DNA of 64,000 bases from Candidatus Hydrogenedens sp. (GCA_016125095.1 WGMK01000010.1:331336-395335); one strand, 5' to 3'. Shown: positions 1 through 9,976, counted from the stretch's first letter. Notes: generated by a model from the sequence alone, not told the origin. Made by a program: numbers and translations.

Positions 1-143
1 CTATGCATTGACTAGAGCGCAGAATGCCTCTACACTCACCTCGTGGGCCTTGGGCAATCGCCGTGATTCGACCCTGGCTCCGCACTGTAGGTCTGCGTGG
101 TTGGTCGCACCGCGTGAGCGCCGAATAAATCGGGGAGAATCCG

Positions 144-1577
144 ATGCAATCGAGCAAGGGTCAGCGCGTGCTCCGTTTCCTGATGCCGCTGGTATTCCTG
201 GGCTTCGCTGGTTACTCGTATGCCGGCGTCGAGGGAGCCGGATTCGAGGAAGGATCCATTGAGGGTGATGGGGCCAATGAGGGGGCGCTTGAAGGTTCCG
301 GCACGGACGAGGGCCAAAGCGGTGCTGAGGGGATTTCGGATGGCGAGGACGGCGAGACAGAGACGTCCTCGCGGTTGCGGATGCTTTGGATACGGCTCAC
401 AAACGATGTGGCCTACGGCGGTCGCAGCGGTCATGTGGCGCTGGTATTTAGGAACCGGCTCTGGATCATGGGCGGCGCCCGTTCACATACCCAGCAGACC
501 AGCAATGACGTGTGGTACACGCGGGACGGCTGGCACTGGGTGGAGGCGACGCCTGCGGCGGCGTGGGCGCCACGGCTGAGTCACTGCGGGTTCGTCTACG
601 ACGACGCCATGTGGATAGTCGGTGGCAACAGCAATACCGGACGCCGCAATGACATCTGGCGTTCCCGCAACGGTGTGGATTGGGAAGAGGTGGTGAACAC
701 GACGCCGTTTGCGGCCCGGAACCGATCGACGACGCTGGTATACGATCACGCGATCTGGATTCTTGGCGGCAGAACCAACACCACCCGCAGTGCGGAAGTG
801 CTGCAGTCTACGAACGGGACCGTGTGGGACACGGTCTTGAATCCTGCAGATTGGGGCGGTCGTTCGAGTGCCGACAGTCTGGTGTTCAAGCGGGGCATGT
901 GGCTGGTCTCCGGGGCGACCTCCGCGCAATTGCGCACGAGCGACGTCTGGCGATCGAGCGATGGCTTGCAGTGGAACCAGGTGAGGGCCGATGCCGGGTT
1001 TGTCGGCCGGTTCGACCAGGCGAACGTGTCCTGGAAAGATCGGCTCTGGGTGCTTGGCGGCGACGCCGTAGGCGGGTTGGCCCACGATACCTGGTATTCG
1101 GAAGACGGCACGGACTGGCAGCAGCCTATACCCGCGGATGCCCCGTGGACGCCGCGTTCCGATATGCCGGCCGTTGTCTGGCATGGCGCCCTGTGGGTGC
1201 TCGGCGGCTGGGAGGGACGCGTCGGGGGCATCAATCAGTACGCGAGCGATGTCTGGATCGGCTTTACCACCGAGTTCCACACGGCCGATCTGGATCACGA
1301 TCACCATCTCTCGCTGTGGGAACTGCTGCGTATTATCCAGTTCTACAATGCCAACGGCATCGAGTGCGCCGAGGACCCGGATGGAACGGAGGACGGATTC
1401 GTCGCACGGCCGTTTTCCGGGCGTGGCTGCGGCGAGCACGACGCGGATTTCGGGCCCCAGAACTGGGAACTCAGCCTGAGCGAGCTGCTGCGGCTGATTC
1501 AGCTGTACACGGTGGGCGAGTACTACTACGACCCCGCGGGCGGCACGGAAGACGGGTTCGCTCCGGGCGCGAAATAA
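144..1577 (+). CDS. Secreted Kelch-like beta-propeller protein with N-terminal acidic Glu/Gly linker and C-terminal duplicated EF-hand/dockerin-like module
   Basis: Signal peptide; EG-rich low-complexity tract; about six repeats of R..H/S..V(F/Y/W)..(L/M)W(I/V)xGG...DVWxSxDGxxW; C-terminal HTAD..LWELLRIIQFY / HDAD..LSELLRLIQLY pair. Confidence 0.75.
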   Translation: MQSSKGQRVLRFLMPLVFLGFAGYSYAGVEGAGFEEGSIEGDGANEGALEGSGTDEGQSGAEGISDGEDGETETSSRLRMLWIRLTNDVAYGGRSGHVALVFRNRLWIMGGARSHTQQTSNDVWYTRDGWHWVEATPAAAWAPRLSHCGFVYDDAMWIVGGNSNTGRRNDIWRSRNGVDWEEVVNTTPFAARNRSTTLVYDHAIWILGGRTNTTRSAEVLQSTNGTVWDTVLNPADWGGRSSADSLVFKRGMWLVSGATSAQLRTSDVWRSSDGLQWNQVRADAGFVGRFDQANVSWKDRLWVLGGDAVGGLAHDTWYSEDGTDWQQPIPADAPWTPRSDMPAVVWHGALWVLGGWEGRVGGINQYASDVWIGFTTEFHTADLDHDHHLSLWELLRIIQFYNANGIECAEDPDGTEDGFVARPFSGRGCGEHDADFGPQNWELSLSELLRLIQLYTVGEYYYDPAGGTEDGFAPGAK

Positions 1578-1583
1578 TCGCGC

Positions 1584-2285
1584 TTACGAGCCCGCGGGCC
1601 GGCGTCCGACGCGGATGCGGTACTCGAGGTAGAAACTGGCGAACATGTAGTAGAGCGGGTAGAACGACGAGATGAGCACGAGAGTGCGGTCGGGCTCGGG
1701 CTGGTAGAGCAGGTAGAGGCAGATGGCGCACCAGACAAAGCCGAGCGCCCACGTGGTGCGCCACAGGAAGGTATTGCGGCTGGGGTAGAGGTAGCGCGTG
1801 GGGATAAAGGTGAGCAGCGCGGGAATGGTGACCAGAAGTACCGCGCCCATCGGCCCCGGTTTCAGCCACCACATGTATAGCGCAACCACGTTCCAATAGC
1901 TGGGAAAGCCGAGGAAGTAGTGGTCCTCGGTTTTCATGTCCACTTGGCCATAGGCATACATGGCGGCGAATATCGGCACGGCCACCCAATAGACGCTCGG
2001 CAGCAGCTCTATCCAGGCCATGATGAAGATGGGCACGAAGATATAGGTGAGCACATCGACGGCGTTGTCCATGTAGGCGCCGCTGAACTTGGGCAGGATT
2101 TCGGAGACCTTGTAGCGGCGGGCCAGCATGCCGTCGGTCGCGTCGATAAAGCCGGCCAGCAGCAGCAGCAGGAACGACAGCCGCAGTTCTTCGCGCGCCG
2201 CCGCAATCAGCGCCAGCATGCCCACCACCGCACCGCTGGCGGTGTAGCAGTGAATGAGCCAGGCAATCGTTTTTTTACGCAACAT
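1584..2285 (-). CDS. pcs: Phosphatidylcholine synthase-like CDP-alcohol phosphatidyltransferase
   Basis: Motif DATDGMLARR..G..MDNAVDV; Pcs-like HxYTASG and YFLGFPSYWNVVA segments; multiple TM helices; start moved to ATG 2285. Confidence 0.75.
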   Translation of the reverse strand: MLRKKTIAWLIHCYTASGAVVGMLALIAAAREELRLSFLLLLLAGFIDATDGMLARRYKVSEILPKFSGAYMDNAVDVLTYIFVPIFIMAWIELLPSVYWVAVPIFAAMYAYGQVDMKTEDHYFLGFPSYWNVVALYMWWLKPGPMGAVLLVTIPALLTFIPTRYLYPSRNTFLWRTTWALGFVWCAICLYLLYQPEPDRTLVLISSFYPLYYMFASFYLEYRIRVGRRPAGS

Positions 2286-2628
2286 CAACACGGGCTTTGC
2301 TCCGTACCGCAAGGAATGCGTTAGCTTAGTGTTAGCTGCAGCACGGAAGCAAGACCTGCCGGAAATCGGGCGATTGTAACTTCGCATTCATACGGCGCAA
2401 GGGCTTGCGCAGGTGCCCGATTTTTGTCACTTTCACCCGCCAACAGCGAACGATTTTCGCCATTTGTCAGGTGCCGGATCTCGGGGTAGAATCCCCTCGT
2501 GCTTGCCGGGGCAGACGGCAAGCAGCGGGCCGCGGGCGACGTTCTCCCAAGCGGCTTCCGGCTACGAGGGCTGTACCGGGGATTGGTCTATGAAGCATTC
2601 CATGCGCGCGGAACTGCGACGGGATATC

Positions 2629-5600
2629 ATGCCCGATTCACGTGCGCGCAGCTTCGTAGTCCTCGGCGTGATGCTCTTCCTTTTCGCGTCGTGTGTCGGC
2701 CAGGCGCAGGATTTTCCGAATGTCGCCCGCACGGCCGGCGAACTGCTGGCCGGCCCCATCGCGCCGGAGCAGGGCCGCACCGCGATTGTGGGCTGGCACG
2801 GCGGCCGCATCGTCTCGGTGCCCGAAGCGCCGGGCAGCCAGCCGGGCGCCGATTTGAATATGCGCGTGGTCAGCCTCGAGAACCTCGACACCACGGGCCC
2901 GGAGGTTACCGTCGTTCCGGCGCACGCCTCCGGCTTTCATGCGCATGGCTATTTTCAGTCGGGGCCCTACATGTACGTGGGGCCGCATTGCCTGGGCGAT
3001 GCGCTCGATACCTGCAACGGCACCTATCCGCACGATGTCTGGGGCAATGCCTTCCGCATCGGTGGCGCAGGCACGGCCATTGGCGATTCGCAGCTCCGCC
3101 GCGCCGACCTCGATGGCGAGACCGGGCTGCTGCTGGGCAGCGTGCAGCGCGCGGGCGCGCAATCGCCCTGGGGGCTCAACGATTTCTGGACCTACAACAC
3201 CATCGGCGGCGACATGTTTCTGGCCGTGCGCCGCAATAACGACTGGGTGTACGACTGGGCCAACGGCGGAGAACCCATCGGCCCGGCGATCAAGGCGCAG
3301 TGGGACCATCTCGGCCTGACCGGCGTCACCGGCTTTCCCTTCATCATGGGCAACATTCTCCTGGTGGCATCCGACCAGGCGGGCAGCGGCGTGGCGAGCT
3401 ACGACATCTCCGACCTGTCGAATCCCATCCTGCTCGACGTACTGAAGGAGGGGAATCCCGGCGGCTATTGGCCCGAGATTTACAGCCACTACATCTTCTT
3501 TCCGCGGCGCGATGGCGAGGGCGGCGTGGGCAGCCAAGCCGGCTACATGGTCGTCGATTTCGAGGATCCCACCGACCTGAAGATCGTCGCGAACCGCAAC
3601 CTGCAAGGGTCGAATCAATACGTCACCTTTCAGGACGAGTTCGCATTCATGAATCGCTACAAGATCGACATGCGGAACTTCGATGTGGCGCTCGAACTGG
3701 CGACGGTGCCGGGCGTAATTGATGCCAGCCAGTTTTCGCTGCCGGTGGGGAATCTCGTGGTGACGGGCGGCTACGGCAGCGATGGTCCCGGACTCGCGGT
3801 GTGGGCGCATCAGGATGCTCCCGATACGCGCGGGCCGTATGTGGCCTATCACGTGCCCGTGCCGGACCAGGCGAACTATCCGCTCGAATGCCCGATCACG
3901 CTCTCCATTCCGGAATCGCTGCGGACGGAAACGATCGTGGATGGCACATCGCTCATTCTGCGGCCGGTGGGGGGCGCCGCAGTGCCCACGTGGCATGCCT
4001 TCAGTCAGGGCAAGCTGTTGACCGTGACGCCGCATGAGCCGCTGCTGCCGGACACCACCTACGAGTTTCTGCTGACCAGTGTCATCGAGGATGCTGCGGG
4101 CAATCCTTTCGAGGCCTATACCTTCCGCTTCTCGACCGGTAGCGCATTGAGCGGCGGCAACCAGCCGCCGGTGGTGGATATGGTGACCTTCAATCCGGCA
4201 GTGCCCGCACCGGGCGTGTCGGTTGCGGTATCGTGGAGCGGCCATGATCCCGATACCGACCCCATCGAGTTCCGCGTTGACTATGGCGATGGCACGGCGC
4301 TGTCGGCGTGGGGTGCGGCGACTACCGGGAACCACGTCTATGCGGAGGCCGGTCACTACCAGTTCACCGTGCAGATTCGCGACGACCAGGGTTCCGTGTC
4401 GGCCCTTTCGCGCAAGGTAACGGTGATCGATGCACCGACCGAAACGAACGCCACGGCCAGCGGGCCGCTCGCGCTGAACGGCACGGCAGGGCGGCTGTAC
4501 GTTGCGAACCCCGACAACCAGAGCGTGACCTGCATCGACACCAGCACGAACGCCGTGTTGTGGGAAGCGCCCGCCGGGAAACACCCCATGAGTGTCGGCA
4601 TCGCGGCGGATGGCACGGTGTGGTTGGCCTGCCGCGACTCGGACAACCTCGTGCTGCTGAACCCTGCTACCGGCGCCGTCGAAGCGACCATAGCGCTCGA
4701 TTACGGCGCGGCGCCGGTCGCCATTGCGCCCACGCCGGACGGAACCGCGATGCTGGTGAGCCTCGACGGAGAAGGTGCAATCGCGCGCTTCAACACAGCG
4801 ACCCACGCGCAGACCGGGATGCTGGCCGTCGGGCCGTCGCCGCGTGCGATCGCCATCACGCACGACGGCTCCCGCGCGCTGGTCACCCGGTTCATATCAG
4901 GGCCGCATTCGGGATCGGTCTACGACGTCGCGCTTGCCGGCAGCATGAGCCTGACCCGCACGATCATCCTCGCGCGCGATCACTCAGTCGACAGCTCGGC
5001 GTCGGGGCGCGGTGTGCCGAATTACCTGGCCGGCATCCGCATTTCGCCCGATGGCGCGCACGCGTGGGTGGTGGGCAAGAAGGACAACACGACGCGCGGA
5101 AACTTCTTCAGTCCGGACATGACGCCCGGGCAGGACAGCACCGTGCGCGCCGTGCTGATGTTGATCGACCTCGGCACCAACGCCGAGGACCTGGCGCTCC
5201 GCCTCGACATCGACAACAGCGAATCGCCCAGCGCCGTCGCCTTCAGTCCGCTCGGGGACTACGCCCTGATTTCACTCCAGGGCAACAACCAGATCGGCAT
5301 CATCGACGTGCTCGACCTGCTCCGCGACGACACGCCCGGCACGCTGCAAGGGCGGTGGTCGACGGGCCTGGCGCCGCAAGGCGTGCTGGTCGATCCGGCG
5401 TCGCTGGCGGTCTATTCGAAGGACTTCATGGGCCGCAGCGTGACCCGGCTCGACGCTTCGGGCTTCTTCAACGCGGGCGCACTCAATGTGCCGTCGGCCG
5501 CCATCGCTACGGTAGGCAGCGAGCGCCTGCACCCGCAGGTGCTGCAGGGCAAGCGGATTTTCTACAACGCCTCCGACACGCGCATGAGCGCCGAGGGCTA

Positions 5601-7440
5601 CATCAGCTGCGCTACGTGCCACATCGACGGCAGCCACGACGGCCGCACCTGGGACTTCACCAACCGCGGCGAGGGCTTCCGCAATACGACCGATCTGCGC
5701 GGCCGAGCGGGCATGGGCCACGGCAATGTGCACTGGACCGCGAACTTCGATGAGATACAGGACTTTGAGAACGACATCCGCGGGTTCTTTGGCGGCTCGG
5801 GATTCCTGACCGACGGACAGTTCGCTTCCACGAGCAGTTCGCTGGGCTCGCCCAAGTCCGGGCTGAACGCCGACCTCGACGCGCTCGCGGCGTATGTGAC
5901 TTCACTGGGTACGGCCTCGCTGCCGCGCAATCCCGAGCGTGATCCGTTGGGAGCCTTGAGCGAGGCGGCGGTGCGGGGCGCGGCGGTATTCACCGCCCAG
6001 GGCTGCGCTGTTTGCCACATCCCCGAGGACGGCTACACCGATCGCCAGATGCACGACGTCGGCACGCTGCGCGCCTCGTCGGGACAGCGGCTGGGCGGTC
6101 CGTTAACCGCGATCGATACGCCGACGCTGCTGGGCCTGCAGGCCTCGGCCCCCTACTTCCACAACGGCACCGCCGCGACGATCGAGGAAGTGTTCACGAC
6201 GACCGGCGGGCGGCTGGTGCAAGCCGAGGACGCCGTGCTGGGCGGCGGCGCGTATGCGGAAGACATTCCGTGGTTCGCCATGAAAGAGTGGCATGGCGGG
6301 GAATTTGTGACCGTCGAAGCGGGGCAGTCGATCACCTTTGACGATGTGGTGTCCACGCAGGCCGGGGCGGGCTATGCCGAACTGCGCTACAGCGCGCGGT
6401 ACAACCAGCTGACGCTCGGCGTGTCAGTCAATGGCGGGGCCGTGCAGAACTACCTCGTCGCCATGACGCCGAACGAGCCGAGCTATGCGCCGACCGAATG
6501 GCGCGAACTCCGGGTGCCGATCACCTATCAGGCGGGGACGAATACCATCGTGCTCAGCAAGATATCCGGCGGGCAGCTGGCCTTCGACGATGTGATGTTC
6601 TCGACTCCCGACGACGCCGTGAATGCGGCCGCGCATTTCCGTGTGCTTGCGCCGGGCGATCTGGCCGACCTGACCGCGTACGTCGGTTCGTTGGATGGCT
6701 CCGACGCGCCCGGGGGACAGGTGGAAGTGCGGCGCGGCGTCGTTATCGCGCCGGGCAGCACCGACCATGCCACGGTGGCCGTCGGCGGAGCGGACACGCT
6801 GACCTATACCGTTCACAACACCGGCGCGGGTCCGCTCGATCTGGGCGCGTTCGCCCTCGTATCTGATCCCGCCGGCGCATTGGTCGTATCGCAACAGCCC
6901 GCGCCGCAGGTGGCACCCGGCGCATCCACCACGCTGGTCGTGACGGTGCAGCTACCGGGGACCAGCGCGCAGGCCGATTTCCATGGCTGGACCAGCGACC
7001 CGGGAGCCGAGTCGCTGTCGTGGTCGGTCACCGCCTTGGAAGAGGGCGCGTGCCTTGGGGAATGCCTGACGGTCGATGCCGTGGGTGCGACGCAGTACCT
7101 CCGCGAAGTGGGGGATTCGGTGACCTTCCGTGTGCAGGCGGCGGGTGATGCGCCGCTGCTCTATCAGTGGTACCGCAATCTCTCCGGCAAGGCCCTGCTC
7201 GAACTCGATGCGACCGATGCGACACTCACCTTGACCGACCTGCAGATCGCCGCCAGCGGCGAGTATTTCTGCGTGGTCGAGGATGCCAACGAGATGGTGC
7301 AGGGCCCGTCGTTCACGCTGACGGTCGTGGCGGAATTGCCGGCGGCAGGGAGCGCGGGCTTGTTGGTTATGGCGGCTTTGCTGGGCCTTGCCGGTACGAT
7401 TCTGATCCGGAGTAATCGCGTCCGTCGATGCGGGCTCTAG
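2629..7440 (+). CDS. Large secreted multidomain protein: Ig-like/PKD, YVTN-type beta-propeller, di-heme cytochrome c (bCcP/MauG-like), CBM6/35-like insert, Ig domains, C-terminal TM sorting tail
   Basis: Signal peptide ending VGQA-Q; PKD motif DYGDG..HVYAEAGHY; LYVANPD and LAVGPSPRAIAITHDG propeller repeats; CATCH (5608-5622) and CAVCH (6004-6018); PYFHNG; LPAAG+TM+basic tail; start could also be 2590. Confidence 0.8.
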   Translation: MPDSRARSFVVLGVMLFLFASCVGQAQDFPNVARTAGELLAGPIAPEQGRTAIVGWHGGRIVSVPEAPGSQPGADLNMRVVSLENLDTTGPEVTVVPAHASGFHAHGYFQSGPYMYVGPHCLGDALDTCNGTYPHDVWGNAFRIGGAGTAIGDSQLRRADLDGETGLLLGSVQRAGAQSPWGLNDFWTYNTIGGDMFLAVRRNNDWVYDWANGGEPIGPAIKAQWDHLGLTGVTGFPFIMGNILLVASDQAGSGVASYDISDLSNPILLDVLKEGNPGGYWPEIYSHYIFFPRRDGEGGVGSQAGYMVVDFEDPTDLKIVANRNLQGSNQYVTFQDEFAFMNRYKIDMRNFDVALELATVPGVIDASQFSLPVGNLVVTGGYGSDGPGLAVWAHQDAPDTRGPYVAYHVPVPDQANYPLECPITLSIPESLRTETIVDGTSLILRPVGGAAVPTWHAFSQGKLLTVTPHEPLLPDTTYEFLLTSVIEDAAGNPFEAYTFRFSTGSALSGGNQPPVVDMVTFNPAVPAPGVSVAVSWSGHDPDTDPIEFRVDYGDGTALSAWGAATTGNHVYAEAGHYQFTVQIRDDQGSVSALSRKVTVIDAPTETNATASGPLALNGTAGRLYVANPDNQSVTCIDTSTNAVLWEAPAGKHPMSVGIAADGTVWLACRDSDNLVLLNPATGAVEATIALDYGAAPVAIAPTPDGTAMLVSLDGEGAIARFNTATHAQTGMLAVGPSPRAIAITHDGSRALVTRFISGPHSGSVYDVALAGSMSLTRTIILARDHSVDSSASGRGVPNYLAGIRISPDGAHAWVVGKKDNTTRGNFFSPDMTPGQDSTVRAVLMLIDLGTNAEDLALRLDIDNSESPSAVAFSPLGDYALISLQGNNQIGIIDVLDLLRDDTPGTLQGRWSTGLAPQGVLVDPASLAVYSKDFMGRSVTRLDASGFFNAGALNVPSAAIATVGSERLHPQVLQGKRIFYNASDTRMSAEGYISCATCHIDGSHDGRTWDFTNRGEGFRNTTDLRGRAGMGHGNVHWTANFDEIQDFENDIRGFFGGSGFLTDGQFASTSSSLGSPKSGLNADLDALAAYVTSLGTASLPRNPERDPLGALSEAAVRGAAVFTAQGCAVCHIPEDGYTDRQMHDVGTLRASSGQRLGGPLTAIDTPTLLGLQASAPYFHNGTAATIEEVFTTTGGRLVQAEDAVLGGGAYAEDIPWFAMKEWHGGEFVTVEAGQSITFDDVVSTQAGAGYAELRYSARYNQLTLGVSVNGGAVQNYLVAMTPNEPSYAPTEWRELRVPITYQAGTNTIVLSKISGGQLAFDDVMFSTPDDAVNAAAHFRVLAPGDLADLTAYVGSLDGSDAPGGQVEVRRGVVIAPGSTDHATVAVGGADTLTYTVHNTGAGPLDLGAFALVSDPAGALVVSQQPAPQVAPGASTTLVVTVQLPGTSAQADFHGWTSDPGAESLSWSVTALEEGACLGECLTVDAVGATQYLREVGDSVTFRVQAAGDAPLLYQWYRNLSGKALLELDATDATLTLTDLQIAASGEYFCVVEDANEMVQGPSFTLTVVAELPAAGSAGLLVMAALLGLAGTILIRSNRVRRCGL

Positions 7441-7456
7441 CCACAGGTCCCGGGCT

Positions 7457-8641
7457 CTAGGTCCACTGCGGCACCTTCAGCCATTCGCCGCCTTCACCCG
7501 CCGATTCGTGGGCCAGGATGCCGGCCGCCGTCATGTTGAGCGCGAGGCCGATGTCGACGAGCGGCTGTCGATCTTCCAGAATCGCCGACACGAATTCGTC
7601 GCACAGGTAGCCATGCGAGCCGCCGTGTCCGCCCCCCTCTACTCCCGGCGGCAGCGGCGGCTTCTTGAGCAACGCCGGGTCGAACTCGGTGAGGCCCTCG
7701 AAGGTGATGCCCTGCATCGAACCCTGCTGTCCGCGGACCCGCCCGACTTCGCCGCCAAAGCCGGGAGTATCCCAACTGACCACCATGCGCGCCGTGCCAT
7801 CGGTCGTCTTGAGTTGGGCGACCTCGGTGCCGAAGGGGTTCACGTAGGTGTTGTTTTCCGGGCGGAGGTGGCCGACGATACTGGGCACGCCAACGCACGA
7901 AACTTCGGTGAAGCGGCCCCCGGTGACGCAGGAGAAATACCCGTTCGAATGGGTCGGATACCATTGCGGCGGCAGCCCGACGCGCCAGCCCTGGTAGGAA
8001 TCGATGGGCTCAAGCATGAGGTGGTAATACTCGCCCTCCGCATAGACGAGCTTGCCGAACACGCCGGCCTGATACAGCTTGCGCATGGCGTAACAGTCGT
8101 CTCGGAACGCGGTCGTCTCGAACATCATGTACTTGCGGCCGGAGCGCTTCACGGCGTCATACAGGGCCTCGGCGTCCTCCATCGATCCCCACACCGCCGG
8201 CACCGCACTGGCCACATGCTTGCCCCGCTCGAGCGCGGCGATACACAACCGCGCATGGCTCGGCGCGTCTGTCGCTACAAAGACGGCCTCGAGCGAATCG
8301 TCCGTCAGCATTTCTTCCATGGACGAATAGGTGGTTTCGCAGCGGCATATGCGCGCCAACTCGGCACAGCGGTCGGGAAACAGATCGCTGACCGCCGCCA
8401 CTTCGACGTTGGGATGATGCTGAAATCCGAAGGCCGCGCCGAACTTGCAGACGCCATAGCCCGCGATACCCACGCGGATCTTCCGGTCGCTGATGGGCGA
8501 CCATACGGCCCCGGCATCGGTGTTGCTCGAAGTCTCGTCGAAGCCCTGAATCGTGCTTTCTTCGGCGCCTGCCGCGCGGCTCAGCGCCGCCAGCAATGCA
8601 GTGCTTCCCAGAAATCCCCTTCGCGTAAGTCTGAATGGCAT
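7457..8641 (-). CDS. Tat-exported Gfo/Idh/MocA family oxidoreductase
   Basis: TRRGFLG twin-arginine signal; IRVGIAGYG Rossmann motif; AVFVAT..H...ALERGKHV; start moved to ATG 8641. Confidence 0.8.
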   Translation of the reverse strand: MPFRLTRRGFLGSTALLAALSRAAGAEESTIQGFDETSSNTDAGAVWSPISDRKIRVGIAGYGVCKFGAAFGFQHHPNVEVAAVSDLFPDRCAELARICRCETTYSSMEEMLTDDSLEAVFVATDAPSHARLCIAALERGKHVASAVPAVWGSMEDAEALYDAVKRSGRKYMMFETTAFRDDCYAMRKLYQAGVFGKLVYAEGEYYHLMLEPIDSYQGWRVGLPPQWYPTHSNGYFSCVTGGRFTEVSCVGVPSIVGHLRPENNTYVNPFGTEVAQLKTTDGTARMVVSWDTPGFGGEVGRVRGQQGSMQGITFEGLTEFDPALLKKPPLPPGVEGGGHGGSHGYLCDEFVSAILEDRQPLVDIGLALNMTAAGILAHESAGEGGEWLKVPQWT

Positions 8642-8786
8642 AAGTTGCTTTCCTTGTGAAGACCCGTTGGCACACGGTAGGAAAGTCTGCTCGGACAATG
8701 CAATAAGAAAAGCGGTTGCGGCATGGAAACCGCGCGCGGCTGAACCGCGGTACGTGCGGGCTGCTGAACTTGTAACCGGGGGTAGG

Positions 8787-8810
8787 AAAAGATCGTGGCG
8801 GCACTCGGGG
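8787..8810 (-). repeat. Degenerate copy of the tRNA-Leu 3' end (att-like direct repeat)
   Basis: aaaagatcgtggcggcactcgggg (8787-8810) vs aaaaggtggtagcggcactcgggg (12254-12277): 21/24 identical, last 13 nt exact, same orientation. Confidence 0.65.
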
Positions 8811-8817
8811 GCGCCTG

Positions 8818-9906
8818 CTACTCGAACAGAAAAGCCTCCGCCACCAGGCCCGGACCGAATCCGAGTGCGACGCACGGCCCCTCGGCGGCCCGGCTTATCA
8901 TTTCCTGAAGGATAAAGAGGACCGTGGGCGACGACATGTTCCCGAATTTGCGGAGGATATCCCAGGAAATCGCTAACTCCGCGCGACCAATTCCCAGGGT
9001 TTGCTGCACCGCACGCAGAATTGCGGGACCACCCGGGTGGACCGCCCAATGGCTCACCGTATCGACACTAAGATTCCTCTGTTCCAGCCACCCTTCCAAC
9101 CAGGGCCGCAAGTGCGTACGGATCAATTGCGGCACTTCATCTGAGAGCGTCATTACAAATCCATGATTCCGAATGCGCCACGACATCGCGTCCCGCGAAT
9201 CCGGCAGCACGCACGAGCCGGTGTGCGTGCCGCGCCAAACGCCGGCACGATCGGGAGCTCCGCCGACGACCATGGCTGCAGCGCCATCGGCGAAGAGTGC
9301 ATTCGCCACATTGCGCTCCGGATCCCAGCCATACTGAAAATGCAGACTGCAAAGCTCCACCGCCACCAGCAGAACGACGGCCGCAGGATCGGCATCGACA
9401 TAGCCCTTGGCCACGCGCATCCCGTTTATGGCGCCGTGGCACCCCATGAATCCAACCTGTGTCCGTTGTACCGTTGGCTTGAGGCCCAGAGTATCCATGA
9501 GGTGCACATCGACACCGGGGGACATAAAGCCACTGCAGGTGACAACAACGATGTGGGTGATTTCTGCCGGTTGCGCGCAAGCGGCGTTGAGCGCTTCCCG
9601 CGCGGCTTGTTCCGAGAGTCGCGGCGCCTCGATCTCATAGCGCCTCATCCGCTCTGCAACCGCCGGCCCGGTATCGTCCGCGTTCTTGGCATCCTCATAG
9701 AAGTCTATCGTGGGGCTATCGTTCGGCCCGGCGCCCAACAATACGCTGCGGCGCTGCTCCACCCCGGTAAGACGATATAATCGTTGAAGGTATTGTTCTT
9801 GCATCGCGTCGGCGTAGGCGAATTTCGCCGCCGACAACGCGGCTTGCTGCTGCGTTATTGAATGTTCCGGAATAGCAGTTCCCATTCCCAGTACAGCAAA
9901 GCTCAT
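8818..9906 (-). CDS. Type III polyketide synthase (chalcone synthase-like)
   Basis: Catalytic triad motifs GFMGCHG, WAVHPGG, GNMSS; VELCSLH; LFADGAAA; GFGPGL; AAGGAGG RBS before ATG 9906. Confidence 0.92.
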   Translation of the reverse strand: MSFAVLGMGTAIPEHSITQQQAALSAAKFAYADAMQEQYLQRLYRLTGVEQRRSVLLGAGPNDSPTIDFYEDAKNADDTGPAVAERMRRYEIEAPRLSEQAAREALNAACAQPAEITHIVVVTCSGFMSPGVDVHLMDTLGLKPTVQRTQVGFMGCHGAINGMRVAKGYVDADPAAVVLLVAVELCSLHFQYGWDPERNVANALFADGAAAMVVGGAPDRAGVWRGTHTGSCVLPDSRDAMSWRIRNHGFVMTLSDEVPQLIRTHLRPWLEGWLEQRNLSVDTVSHWAVHPGGPAILRAVQQTLGIGRAELAISWDILRKFGNMSSPTVLFILQEMISRAAEGPCVALGFGPGLVAEAFLFE

Positions 9907-9976
9907 GGGGCCTCCTTTTCTCGGTGCGGGCGGTCGCCAGCTCCACATCTGCCCGCTCTCGGGCGGGAAAATTGCG

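Noticed and set aside
2638..4863. Long antisense and alternate-frame ORFs (also 54225-56459, 47531-49381, 36057-37841, 15740-17269)
   Set aside because: They overlap well-supported genes, have no motifs, and are expected shadows of high-GC codon usage.
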